The position numbers and the translations under genes were made by a program. A DNA stretch of 64,000 nucleotides from Chrysomallon squamiferum (taxonomy: Eukaryota; Animalia; Mollusca), in NCBI GenBank assembly GCA_012295275.1, contig CM022668.1, positions 16,616,001 to 16,680,000 of the forward strand, in the 5' to 3' direction. Position 1 is the first letter of the stretch, and each line of letters begins with the position of its first letter. Under the pieces are notes generated by a model. The model made no database searches. It had not been told where the DNA came from and saw only the letters and a list, made by a program, of their open reading frames with translations. Positions 43,418 to 58,740 of this stretch are shown here, one piece after another.

Positions 43418-44272
43418 GTCACTGTATTTTAAAACGATTATTTTACTCCTTCTGTAGTTTTATTTACCCCAGAATAAATTCATTCACCAATTTCAAAAAT
43501 ACAACACTAAGAGTCTGAGATTAAAACTAGCAACTATAGCTTTTATTTATAGTCTGTTATTAATTAATTACTTATATAAATTCTATTTCTTCTGAACAAT
43601 TTATAATTCTTTACAAAAGTCAAAAATAAAATGAGACAAATATGTTTGTGGTTCTTCAAGCTGATTGTTACAACAGTATGGAAACATGATGACACGGGCG
43701 TTTAGACTGTGAATTGCACAGAGCTGCGTTTGATCAGCCTAACATTGGCTTTCAGCCGACAGCCCACGATTCACACATCACATACACCGGTCACGTGATT
43801 TCCTTGCAATTAACTTTAATTTAAATAAGTATCATCGACAAAACAGGAAAATTCATGTCCAGCAGGAACTACGTGGCGCAGAATGAGTCGCAGTTACATC
43901 ATGAGGAAGTAAGTAAAGAAAAGTTAAACTGTTTCAAGTGTTGTAAAACGTGATGTGCGTTTTAGAAAGAAAGAAAAAAACGAGTTTATAATAGCAGAAT
44001 CGTCACTGATATATCGAAAATGACGATCCATAAAATAATGCAGTTATTACTTAATAATAAACAAAGAAAACAAATAAAATACATATCAATGCTGACAGTA
44101 GCAACAAAAACAACAAAATAACACCAGCTAAAACAACAAAAACAGTGTCAGTAACAATAACGATAAATAAATAAACTAAAACAAGATAATTATGAAAAGG
44201 AAAAAAGCCGGAATTTAATAAGTGAAAGAGAGATAAATAATGAAAATATATGTTTTTATAGATTATATATAC

Positions 44273-44647
44273 GTGTATACGTTTGTTGTAAACCAAACTG
44301 CACTGTCTGTGTAACTCCACACATAGTTAAACTGTAGACAGTAAGGACAGTAAAGTCACATAATAACGTATACGTTTGTTGTAAACTAAACTGCACTGTC
44401 TGTGTAACTCCACACATAGTTAAACTGTAGACAGTAAGGACAGTAAAGTCACATAATAACGTATACGTTTGTTGTAAACTAAACTGCACTGTCTGTGTAA
44501 CTCCACACATAGTTAAACTGTAGACAGTAAGGACAGTAAAGTCACATAATAACGTATACGTTTGTTGTAAACCAAACTGCACTGTCTGTGTAACTCCACA
44601 CATAGTTAAACTGTAGACAGTATGGACAGTAAACTCACATAATAACG
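44273..44647. repeat. 93-bp minisatellite, 4 copies
   Basis: ACGTATACGTTTGTTGTAAAC at 44366, 44459 and 44552; gives the 31-aa periodic ORF. Confidence 0.95.
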
Positions 44648-44843
44648 CAGCAGGGGTCAAACTTACTGGTAAATCGCAAACTGCAGCGAACTGCAGGATC
44701 AAATCTACCCGATGTCTCTGTCCTGTTAGTCTCTTTTCGAGGTATCCCACGTGACTGGTATAGCAAATGCCAAAATACACAGTTATTCATGTCATATCAG
44801 ATCAGATAAAAGATGCCTTGTTGAAAATCAAAAAGAACAACCT

Positions 44844-45005
<162 letters not shown>

Positions 45006-45017
45006 TCTTTATATTAA

Positions 45018-45148
45018 ATAGTTGTTCAGATTTTGTGTGTAGATATCTCTCTACGTATGACTAAGTGTCTAGTTATATTAAAGACAGAAATATAATTTTT
45101 ATGAATGCAAACATCCTAGATCAGCTTTACCCTTCTTTTTCATTTACT
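45018..45148 (+). repeat. Dispersed repeat copy 1 (partner at 61985-62110)
   Basis: ATAGTTGTTCAGATTTT.TGTGTA.ATAT.TCTCTACGTATG and further colinear matches are shared with 61985-62110. Confidence 0.75.
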
Positions 45149-45606
45149 ACTAGGTTTTGTTGTTGTTTTTTTAACTCTTTTTGTTCTAACTCTTTTTGTT
45201 TTTGTTGTTGTGACTTTACGAATGTCTGCGATTTAAATAAGAAGTCGATATAAGTAACTCGAGTCTTAGAGCAGATATTTAATTACTGCGCAACAGAGGT
45301 TACTCCTGTCTTGTGTAGACAAATCCGAATCATTTTGTTGTAACTTGAATATCACGGAACAAAAAAAATGAACAAGTTTATCAAGTACATATAAAACTAT
45401 TCAGTCAGTGATGAAATTACTTGCGTGCACTCAGAAGTTCAGTTTGCAATTTTTCTTGCACATAGATCATATTTAACATTTATTACTGTACATTAAATAA
45501 GTACGCTATATTACTTAATGTTAAGGTTGTGGTTGCAGATAATCAATCGATTTTTTTTAAACCTAAAACTTGTAAATTGAATTCTGTTATCAGGGCGAGA
45601 AAGTGA

Positions 45607-45712
<106 letters not shown>

Positions 45713-47554
45713 TGATTTCGCAGAATGTTTTTTATAATCGCTGTGTTGTTTTTCTGGCCAAGCTAACACATGGAAGGAACCAATATGGCAGAGAACTGGC
45801 TGTGTTATTCCTGCAGTGATAAAGAGCAATTAAGACGTGTTCAGATTGGAATCTCAATGAAAATCAATTACTCCACGATGACAAACATCAAGAATGACTG
45901 CTATTTGATCAACATACGCATCAAATATTAACAGTAATTCATCAATTAGTTATCGACGTACTCCAACCGAGAAAAACAAAGCTAATTGAATCCTGTTTGG
46001 TCACCGCGGTGTGTTTGTGTGTTCTGTCATAGGGCATGACAGAATACACACACATACACACGTACATATAAACATATATACATACATATATAATACATTC
46101 ATGCATACATACACATTACACTCACACAAACATACACACGTACACAAACATACACTCACACAAACATACAGACAGACAGAGACATACACACACACACATT
46201 CACACACACATACACTCACACAAACATACAGACAGACAGAGACATACACACAAATACACACACATACACACACACATACACACACATACACTCACCACAA
46301 ACATACAGACAGACTGAGACATATGAAATATAAGGGGACGTTTAAAGTCAGATGTATTCATGCAAATATGACAACAATGACAACAACAAGTATACGAATA
46401 ATAACAAATGTTAGAGCTAGCAGAATGTGAAGTAATGCTGTAAGGAATCGAATCATTGTTGAAAACAAAGTGGACTACTTTCATTGCTGAGTAAATTGTG
46501 CAGCTCATTAGTTGTCGGTGAAAGGTTAACTTGGTTTGCATTCATTCAGTTTAAGACAAAGTCTCAGCCACACCCATCAATGTCCTGACGAATCCAGTGT
46601 AACAGTACATAACTTTTACAGTTATTTTAAATTCATTTCTTTGTGTAATTAATTGTTCAAAATTGATTATTAATTTGTATGAATAATAATGATAAATTCA
46701 TCATTAATTTGTTTCAACTATGGTTCAAAATTCATAATGTTTTGTGTAAATAATTATTCCAAATTCATCATTGCTATGTTAAAATAATCACTCTAAATGC
46801 ATCATTAATTTGTGTAAATAATTATTACAGTAATTCAGGTAAATAAGGAAAATCGTACACAGCTCTTTAAATGTAGCGTGGCTGGCAGAGATAATTTGAA
46901 CAGTGGATGCTTTATGGTCTCACAGACTGAAGTCTATTTTCTGCTCGAGTGAAAATCTCGGTTTATGTATTAATAGTCAAAGTGAGCGTCTAACTGAGAC
47001 TGAACTTGAGTCGGTCTCAGATTATGTGAAAATCACGTAAGAAGATTAAACAAATAGTGCGAAAAGACTTTAAATTGTTTTCAGTTCAACTTAAACATTT
47101 AAATAATATAAGAAGATTAAAACAAACATTTTGAAAATACTTTTAAAAAAATGATTATTAAAAGTGGATTTGTCTGTATTGATTGGTGCGGGTGTCTAGT
47201 TCTTTAGATGTTTTAAGTTATGGAGAAACGGTTGAAAATGGGTAAATTAAGATGTGATATTGTTGTAGCTAATCTGTTATACATTTATTTCTGGTATGTT
47301 TTGCAGAGATTGGGGATGATATAATATTTGTGTGTGACTGACTTGTCGAATTTGTTGTACTTATGAAACAAAAGAAGACAAATTGCAGATAAATAAAGAT
47401 ATGATATTATCGTACACAATTACGTTTGATAGATATAGGCAAACTGAACTGTGATATAAGATGAATGTATGATGGGCTTAATCAAGTTGTTTAGACTTAT
47501 AAAACCAAGAAACCTAACAGCAGATAAATTAAGATGTAACATTAGTGTATAGAT

Positions 47555-47794
47555 CAGTCATGGACAAACTGCGGTTTTCTGAGTGGCCCGCCTAATTTCA
47601 CAAGGAAAATAACGTTAATTCAGATTTTATAAAATGAGTCTGTTTTGTGTCTACTAATATACTTAAACACATGTAATTTTTTTTATTATAACAGTTCCTG
47701 AAGTAAATGAAAATGAAAAATATCTTTAAATAAACTCTACGTAAAAACACAAAATCGCCTAAGGATAAGACATGTCTCGTGTGGCCCATGTCTG
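47555..47794. mobile_element. Non-autonomous hAT-like MITE, 240 bp
   Basis: Imperfect terminal inverted repeats CAGTCATGGACAAAC ... GTGGCCCATGTCTG. Subterminal GGCCCGC motif. Flanking 8-mers GTATAGAT / ATCTATAT (5/8 identical) resemble a decayed NTCTAGAN-type target duplication. Confidence 0.6.
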
Positions 47795-48997
47795 ATCTAT
47801 ATTGTTGTAGACGTGTATTCTGGAGTCAGAGACGCTGGCAGATTAAATAATATAAATAGCTAGTTTTCAGACTTATATAATAAGATAACTTCATCGGCAT
47901 ACATGCGAAGGTGTACTGTTACTAAACATATAGTTACAAAGTTTTCAGCTGCATAAATAGAAACTAGCAGATTAAACATTATTTCTTTAGACTTATAAAA
48001 CAAAACAAAAGTATTTGCATACAAATTTTAGTATTTTTTAGTAGTTTAAAAGGATTTAACGTTAATATCAAGTGTGATCCATTTGTCCAGTTCGTCTGAC
48101 TTAGAGAACAAAGAACAACACGTCGGTTATCTCTGCTGTAGATCTGTGTTTAGATTTCCAAGACACAATTAACAGCAGACGCCAGCCTATTGTAGGATAC
48201 ACACAGATCGAAACACTCAATCTAAATTGAAATCTGTGAATAAATCAGGTTTCCTCAGTCAAGAAAATACACCGCAACAGTTTAACCGCAGAACTAAGCA
48301 GCCGAAATTTCGTTATTTCCTCCACTTAGCAGAGAACACGGCGTCCCGATGAAGTCATCAATTTTACTGGACAATAAAAATGATTTGATTCGATCGGCTG
48401 GGATCGGAAGCGGGGAGAAACCGACACCCATAATGACTGATTACACGCAACGGTAACTGACACGGAACTTGACGTTAGATAAGATTTGTTTTCGGGACTG
48501 CTCGTTAATTTCCGCCTGCTGTTTGCGTACATTTGTGTCTAAATGAGCAAAGTCCTAAAAAAAGGAAAGAATTAAAATAATAACATTATTAGAAATTTAA
48601 TTTTAAAATCTCTAAAGCTTTAAATTACTATTTAATATAAATCATTTATTAAATTGTTGTTTGACACTCGTGCAGATAAAATTTGTATATATGAATGCAT
48701 ATATTTATATATGTGTCTGTATGTGTGTGTGCATGTGTCTATGCGTGTGTGTATGTATGTGTATGTATGCATGTATGCATTTATGTATGTATGTGTATGT
48801 ATGTAGGTAGACTGGAAGATATGTATTTGTTGTATAATATAATTATTTTGAATATATGTTGAAGAAATATCTATTAATTATTTATTTTTCAGCATAAATC
48901 CTTTTCATTTAGAAAGACATCATCTTTGTTTTCCCTCCTCTTAATTCTCCTCCCTGATCCCACATACAAATGTATAATAATTATTAAGAATTGAATA

Positions 48998-49036
<39 letters not shown>

Positions 49037-50024
49037 CTTCTGAAAGCTCATGGGTTAAGGTTTATTGGAAAATTCTAGAAATAGCCCACAAAGAAACTCA
49101 TTAAGTTAAAGAAAAGAAAATTAGTCTGTACAAACACGAGACATAATTGAAACCATGGTAATAGAGGAGAGATGACTGGCCAGACCGTGATGCCGCACTA
49201 ATTGCAGGTAGAATTTAATAACAGAATAACGATCTGAACTTAGAGCGTCTTGAAAAGACGGTACCAGTATATTTTCTAAACACGAGAAAGAGGAATATGT
49301 TTGTTTTATAACGTTATTAGTTATTTGTTACGAATGTATACAGGAGTTCTATTAAATGAATAACTGAGACAAAATTTCGTTTAACAATAAAACGAAATAA
49401 AACCAAAAAGATCATTTTACCGTTTTGTCTATCATATACAGATAATATTGAAAGAATGAAATACTCTGCCTAATAGAGACGATTTGTTTTTGTCATAAAA
49501 AATACAAATTTCATTTACTTTATCTTAATGCTTGTTCTGTTGTTGTTGTTGTGGTTGTTGTGGTTATTAATTCTTTAATTTGGTGTTTCTTTTTTGTTTT
49601 GTTGTTCGTCTGTTATCGTTCTTTCTGTTTTTATTTATTATCTTTGATTAGATGTTTTAATTTATTATTATTATTATTCCTTTTTAGCCGTTTTAATATT
49701 TGTTGTGGTGGTAGGCTGGGTACATATTTTTCAAGTAATACGATGAATATCTGTTTATTTATGAAATTATCTATTTAAATATATAGCTGTGTCTTTATCT
49801 AGATTTATCTGTCTACAGACAGACAGACAGCTAGACAGACAGATGGATGGATGGGTAGAGAATCAGGGTGAGACAAGCATACAGGAAGAAAGAACGGCAG
49901 GCAGGCTTGGATAACAGAAAGACAGAGAGGTAAGTAGAGAGAGAGAGAGAGTTAGGTCGTAGGTAAACCTATCACTGCACTAAATTCACCAGAAATCCTC
50001 AAGTCAGCTGTCACAAACCATACA

Positions 50025-50148
50025 TTATTATTATTATTATTATTATTATTACTGTTATTATTACTGTTACTATTATTATTATTATTATTATTATTGTTAT
50101 TATTATTATTATTACTGTTATTATTATTACTGTTATTATTACTGTTAC

Positions 50149-50209
<61 letters not shown>

Positions 50210-50315
50210 GTTATTATTATTATTACTGTTATTATTACTGTTACTATTATTATTATTATTATTGTTATTATTATTATTACTGTTATTATTATTACTGTTA
50301 TTATTACTATTATTT
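50025..50315. repeat. (TAT)n tract with recurring CTG interruptions
   Basis: Direct reading; source of the poly-Leu ORF. Confidence 0.95.
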
Positions 50316-51235
50316 TTACAAACAGTAGCTATATAATACAGTGTTTTGTAAACAACTTATATTAACACAATGACAGTCACGTGGCCGCTAAGTTACTGAC
50401 ATGGCCGAAACTTGACGAACTGTAACAAATCATCTTGAACACCTGGCTTTTGTCAACTACGTCACGATTTGTGCTAATCAGTGAACATTCTAGAAGTCTC
50501 CAAAGTTAAAACCAAAATAACAAACGATATTTTTTACACCAGGAGATCGAACAACAGCAACAAAATAAAATATTAATTTGCGAGAACCAAAATACGAGCA
50601 GACATTTGACTGTTTCAGATGTGTGCTTTACCTAAAACATGCTCGTGTATAAATTAACAAGACTGATTCCTCAAGTCAGTTCTCAGAGCACATCGCTTAG
50701 CAGCTGACGGTGACTTTCACATCAATCACAAATAATTAATACGCTGACTTCCTCACGTTTCAGTCCTCTGTGATCATTATACGTCTCCTACACGTCACAT
50801 TGCGTAAACATGTTCACGTGTTTTATTTGTTCATGTGCATGCGTGTGTTTGTGTTTACCTATATAGCCTATCTGGTCCTGTCTGTTTGGATAACTCTATG
50901 TCGGTTTGTCTATACATGAAGAAAAAAATAACAACAATCAAGAAATAAATATTAATGTACAAACGTGATTTGCGTTCTTAGCATCATTTTATATTTATTG
51001 TTATGTATGCATGTATGCATGTGTGCTTCTGCTTATATGCTTATATATATATACACACACTCACACACACATACACACACACATATACTCATGTACATAA
51101 ATACATACAAACACACATACATACATGCCTATATATTTAAAATCTACGCCAGTCTGTTAGTCTAATCTGTTAGACGTACATGAGTCAGAGAATATTTTTA
51201 CATATATACAAATGCATGCATACATACATACATAT

Positions 51236-51266
<31 letters not shown>

Positions 51267-51296
51267 CATATATACATACATACATACATACATACA

Positions 51297-51332
<36 letters not shown>

Positions 51333-51647
51333 TATATATACATACATACATACATACATACATAGATATATACATATATATATATATGCGTGCGTGTGTG
51401 TGTATGCATTTGTATATATGCAAAAATATTTATATATATATATATATCCCACATTCACACATACATACATGCATATACATACATCAGTTCATTCTTTCAT
51501 TAAATCGTCCATCCATCTATCCAATCACCAGATCATCGATCTATCTGTCCATCCATCCATTTTTTTCCATACGTCAGTCAGTTTCTCTGTCACTGATACT
51601 ACACTAACACAGGCGTGCGTAAAACTCCACTCGGTAGAGACAACTGA

Positions 51648-52227
<580 letters not shown>

Positions 52228-52465
52228 AAGCCTCTGACAGCTCCGCGGGGTGGAATTATCGCCAGAACCCGCTGTCCGTGTCACTCACAGAGGCTGTGTG
52301 ATCTAATTACTCCTGTGGAATCGAATGTTGATCACATGCAACGCTCGGCCGCAAATCGCAAACAAAGGACCGCTTAAGGCATTGCCATTTATATAGATAT
52401 TAATAAACATGAAAATCTACGCGCTGACTTTCCTTAACTATGTTCATACAGCAGTTTAACACAAA

Positions 52466-52467
<2 letters not shown>

Positions 52468-52555
<88 letters not shown>
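52468..52555. repeat. (CT)n microsatellite
   Basis: Direct reading. Confidence 0.95.
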
Positions 52556-52558
<3 letters not shown>

Positions 52559-54958
52559 GAACTAGGGATTTGTTTCCTTTACATGTTCTTCAAGTTTTAT
52601 GATGTGTTGTAGTTGTTGGTGTGGATATTTCTGTTATAGCAGTAGTTGTTGTCATAGTTATTGTTGCTGTTGTTCCTGATATTATTTTTAGGTTTAACTA
52701 AAGTTTATTAGTCTGTATTATCTTCTGATTAAATTTTTCAAGATACTTTTTATATATATATATTATGCCTGGCTTTCTATCAAGCTAAATTAAGTTTTTA
52801 TTTCATCAGAGAAATAAAATTCTATTTTTACCACAATAACTGTTACAAAATGTATTAATGTAAAAATAAAAACTACAAAGAACTACTTTTGTCTGTTTCT
52901 TTCATTTGTGTTTTCTTTATTATTATTATTATTACTGTTATTATTATTATTATTACTGTTATTATTATTATTATTATTACCCCATTGATTTACATTTAAT
53001 ACCTGACAACAAACACATAGCGGACACAACGCTGAAGTGTATATTTAATTACATAGTTGAATTATTATTAAAATGGCAGTTAACGGACTTTGTTTCCACA
53101 CTGTTAAAGACTGAAAAGAACAGATGTGCTAAGAGCTAATTTGTGTAAACATAATAAATTGAAATGTTGTAGTCTAGACAGAAATCATTATTTAATATCA
53201 GTTACTGCTTTATTTTCGGCTATAACTGTGATGTAACGAACAAAAGCCACGTGGCATATTTTTTTTTTATTTGTTTCCCATTCTTTCCCTTTAAAGTTTT
53301 GACAATGCCGCATAAAAATCTGTGTTAGAAACACCCCCGTAGATCATTAATACTCAATCAGTCAAACTGTCTACATCCAAAAAGGGTCCAAGCATGCTTG
53401 TGGTGGACATACAATCCGCGAGACGGAATTGTTACGGAACTAATGACAAGCAATCGATTTAAATTGTGGCGTATTGAAAACCTGCTTTGTCTCAAACCGG
53501 CGCAATTGGATTTCCCAATGAGTTTCGTTAATGCATTTTATGAAAAGCGAGCCGATTTTTCTTCATAGCGGCCTCGAGCTTCTATTTTGATGATGAACTG
53601 AGGTAATGTGTGAATTAAGATGTTTTTTGTGATGGCTGTAGAGTATGTGGATTAGGTTACTGATGTAAGATTTAGACCTGACGTCATTTAGAACACAGCC
53701 AGAGTCAGCTATCGAGTATGTGTTTATTTAAGTGTTGTTGTTATTGGTTGGTACAACATTCACTTTAGAAAATTAAGGTTTAAATAAGACGCAGATATAT
53801 ATAACTTTGAATGAATTATTTACTGTTATTTCCACGTATTTGGATATTAAACAAATTCTATTAATTATACCAGTTAGACGCGTCATTCGTAAACATTATA
53901 AGAAATAAAACACTACAAACATTTTTTAGTTGATTATCTCTCTTTCTGTATCTCTCTCTCTATTTCTCTATCAGTCTCTCTATCTATACCTCTCTATCTA
54001 CATCTCTGACTTTCTATCTCTATATATATATCTCTAAATCTCTCTCTATCTTTGTTTACATCATCAGTGTACATCGATTTTCTAATGACCTGTATTATAA
54101 CAGATATAAAACTGTGATTGTTTATGTAATAATACCTCATAAACGTGTGTGTATTAATGATGTGTAATGAAACGAGAGTTGAAACTTGCTGCTCTCTTCA
54201 AAAGGTTACTGTTATCGATTAGAACAAGTGATTTTTAACTAAACACCTTTTAATAAATCACATCGCGATCTTTTAAAAATATATTATGTAATTATAAATG
54301 GAATAAAGTAGAATTTTAAACACATCTAGAAGCTAAATATTATTATGACAGAGCAGTTTGTAACATATAACTGTATTAGATAAATGCAAATTATAAAAGA
54401 AATCGAAAGGTAACAAAATGTACCTGTCTGTAAAAGCTGGTGTCAGCGCAGATGTGAGCAGCTCTTTAAATTCCGAAGTAAAAATGTGATTCAACAGTCT
54501 CGGTGACAAACATCCACGAAAGACATTGCACAGAGGAAACGTTCATTGTGAGTACGTCATCCACACTGCAGTTTGACAGACGAGTTTTTCTATTCCAGTT
54601 TTCTTATTCTCGGCAGCTAATAGATCTGCTATTTCCCACTAATGACTGCTGCAGGTTGGAGAGCAAGGAAACGACTTCTCATTCATCGTAATCTGTCCAG
54701 AAGTGGCCAAACTAATCTGACTGAAGAAGAATGAGAGAACGAAACAGGAGACCTTGTCATTCTGTGACAGTGTCACTACTCTAACCAGCCAAATCTCACT
54801 CAGTGTTTGATCGACTCTGTGACAGGAAAGAGTTTGATGGCAAATGATTTGTGCTATAAAAATACACAGTGAGTCGTTTAAAAAAATAAAAATAAATAAC
54901 GAGCTGTAAAGAAAAAGAACGTATTGAGACTGACAGGGAGAGAGACAGAGAGACAGAT

Positions 54959-55063
<105 letters not shown>

Positions 55064-55231
55064 CATGGTGAGTCGTTTCATCTCTTTTTTTTTTTGGATA
55101 ATGACTTTCGAGGAAATAAAATTAATGATTAGATGTTAAAAAAACCCACGTAAAAACATTTTAAATAAAGATTTTCATAGAATGAATTAATTCTACCTGA
55201 TGATTAGATTTAGAGAAAAAAAAAATGATAC

Positions 55232-55268
<37 letters not shown>

Positions 55269-55889
55269 TGGAAACAAATTTTAAAGAAATAAACAATCTT
55301 GAGGAAAATCCATATAGAGATATTTTCTAAAAATAAATAGGGTAAGAGTTTGTTGTAACTAAACAGAGCACTCAGGTGCAAGAAAAACTATTTCAAAACA
55401 AATTTGTTTTCTCTTATTAAGACGTAAATGTAACCTAAAAGCAGATATATATATATATATTTTTTTTAAAGGAAAATAAGGTTATCCTGATTTATTAATA
55501 TTTTATAACCTTCTTGTTATTTAATCGTTTCTATGATAACGAATTGTATGAGGACCGGAGCTGCATTAATAAATTATGAGTAATATCCTCAATGAGAAGG
55601 CTGCTGAGAATAACACAAAAATCAGTTAAATGGGATGTAAAAACATAGTAACGATCAGAACGAACACTTTTCTTTCTCCCTCAAAACTTTAGTGTCTTCA
55701 GTATTACGTGCCACATTTGTATTTGTTTTATTATTTTTATTTCTATTTATTTATTTATTTTTGATACTGAGACCATCTTTGTTTCTCTTTCACAGCTTTT
55801 CATCAAAAAGGACGATATATATTAAATCGTACAGTTTCCAAGAGCTTTGATTCTGAAACAATCTTTCAAACAGTAATGCAGTAATATAT

Positions 55890-55892
55890 CTA

Positions 55893-55930
<38 letters not shown>

Positions 55931-55960
55931 ATCTACCTACCTACCTACCTACCTACCTAC

Positions 55961-56046
<86 letters not shown>

Positions 56047-56063
56047 ATATATATATATATATA
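55890..56063. repeat. Compound (ATCT)n(ACCT)n(CT)n(AT)n microsatellite
   Basis: Direct reading. Confidence 0.95.
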
Positions 56064-57350
56064 TCATGTAATATCATATGATATCCTGCAAACTAAAATA
56101 AATATTATTTTCAGACTGTTAGGTAAAGTTATTTTCTCATAAACGTACTATAACTAGAACTCTTGTTTAACTAATTTATTTTTTAATTTATTTATTTTTT
56201 TATTTTTTTATTTTTATTTTTTTAAATTATTATTGACCTACATCCAAAACAAAAATGGTTGAAATATGTGAACGGAGGTTAGTCGAGGTGCACTGAACTG
56301 AGCTGTTTCCAGAGTTGTGTGTATCATTATTCATCTGCGTTGTGAATTCATCTTTGAATTATATTCCAGAAACATAAACCAAACAGTTATGCTCGAGGCG
56401 TGACAGGTTTAGGGATCAAATACTGACTGTGTCCTGTAGAGTTACTTCTATCATATAAAGGTCCAAGACTGTTTTATTAAAGACCACACGCTGTCTACGA
56501 GAAGGTGTATATAAAAAATAGCTTGGTGCTCATATGTAGGTTATGACGTTGTGACAACTGACGTCATCTCCCGTATCAGTATTGTAAAACAACAGACATG
56601 TTCCTAACCATCATCCGTTAATAACATGTGCTGAAGCTGTTAAACAATTAGCGACTCGATCAATAATTATCCAAAAAAAGCACACTCTTTTCCATAACGG
56701 TCACTGTGTGTTTGTTTTTTTGGCGTGGCAGTCAGATAATGGCGGTTTGGCATCAGTGATAATAATTTCTATACTGCTCTTGACATAACGCGAACGGACG
56801 TTAATGAGAATAATAATAATAATTTTTTTTCATTTATTTAAAAGTCGTAAATAATATTGTCATTTCAAACTTAATCAGTAATGGATTAGTATTTGGTTAC
56901 TTCAAAATAAAAATAAAAATCAGATAGTAATGTAATATTTAATTAAAACTTTGTCTTACGGGTTTTTTTTCTGTTATTTAACAGATCAGGTTTCTGGACA
57001 ATGTCACACTGACATGAGAACTATTTATATTTCAATAGCAGCAAATGGAAGACAATGGTTAATGTAGCTATTAGCAGCAGCTAATAATACACATCACTTA
57101 TTTGAATTAGTCTAAAACAAGTCACCGAGTCGAACTAATGTCGCTGTGATTTGATTTACTGAAAATGCAGAAGAAGAAGAAGAAAAAAGACATATGATAT
57201 ACATGCCAAAATAGCGTTTTCAAAAAAAAATGAAATGTTATTAGTTTTTATTATTACCGATGGGCTTACTGCTTTATGACTGATGAAAGATAAGAAATGT
57301 ATAAGAAGAAACAAGATCTTGACATACTGTTTGTGTGTGTATGTGTGTGT

Positions 57351-57381
<31 letters not shown>

Positions 57382-57562
57382 CAACAGTGAATGTAGGTTT
57401 TAATATTTATCAAAGGCTGCAGTTATGTGCTCGTGCATGTTTCTAGACACACACATACTGACGCAGTGTATTAGCTCGTCGTTCCAACATGCAAAGTAGT
57501 TATTTCATCTTTACTTTCACTCTAAAGTTATTATTTCCTTAATGTTCTCAGTGCAGTTTTTC

Positions 57563-57620
<58 letters not shown>

Positions 57621-57934
57621 TTTGTTTCTGTTTTTTTTTTTTTTTTTTTTAACATAATATATATCATTCTTTTGTTTCTTGTTTCGTCGTCTTCTTGTTA
57701 TTATTAAAAAAATTATATTTCGTCAAAATCATCTCGTTTTTCATCTTCATCATTCTCTCTTTCCTGATCATGTCATACTCGTCCATCTGTACTTTGTTTC
57801 TTTCTTTTCTTTTTCTCTTTTTTCATCTCAGTTTTCTTTTCTTTTCATCCTGCACCTGCTCCCCATTCATTTCCTTCGTTCTTCTTCTTCTTTTTTCTTC
57901 TGTCTTCTTTCTTTTTCTCCACGCGTTTCCTCTT

Positions 57935-58740
57935 CTTCTTCTCCTTCATCTACTCTTTCTTCTTCCTCCTTCTCCTTATTCTCCTTCATCTACGCTTCTT
58001 CCTCCTTCTCCTTATTCTCCTTCATCTACGCTTCTTCCTCCTTCTCCTTATTCTCCTTCATCTACGCTTCTTCCTCCTTCTCCTTATTCTCCTTCATCTA
58101 CACTTCTTCCTCCTTCTCCTTATTCTCCTTCATCTACTTTTTTCTTCTTCTTTTCTTCCTTATTCTCCTTCATCTATTCTTTCTTTTCTTTTCTTCCTTA
58201 TTCGCCTTCATCTACTCTTCTTCTTTTCTGCCTTATTCTGCTTCGTCTACTTTTCTTCTTATTTTCTTCCTTATTCTCCTTCATGTACTCTTCTTCTTCT
58301 TCTTTTCTTCCTTATTTTCCTTCATCTACTTTTCTTCCTTATTCTCCTTCATCTACTTTTCTTCTTCTTTTCTTTCTTATTCTCCTTCATGTACTTTTCT
58401 TCTTCTTTTCTTCCTTATTCACCTTCATCTACTTTTCTTTATTTTTTCTTCCTTATTCTCCTTCATGTACTCTTCTTCTTTTCTTCCTTATTCTCCTTCA
58501 TGTACCTTTCTTCTTCTTTTCTTCCTTATTCTCCTTCATGTACTTTTCTTCTTCTTTTCTTCCTTATTCTCCTTCATCTACTCTTCTTCTTCTTTTCTTC
58601 CTTATTCTCCTTCATGTACCTTTCTTCTTCTTTTCTTCCTTATTCTCCTTCATGTACTTTTCTTCTTCTTTTCTTCCTTATTCTCCTTCATCTACTCTTC
58701 TTCTTCTTTTCTTCCTTATTCTCCTTCATGTACTCTTCTT
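57935..58740. repeat. Pyrimidine-rich ~33-39-bp minisatellite
   Basis: Core TCCTTATTCTCCTTCAT(C/G)TAC separated by variable (CTT)n spacers. Confidence 0.9.
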
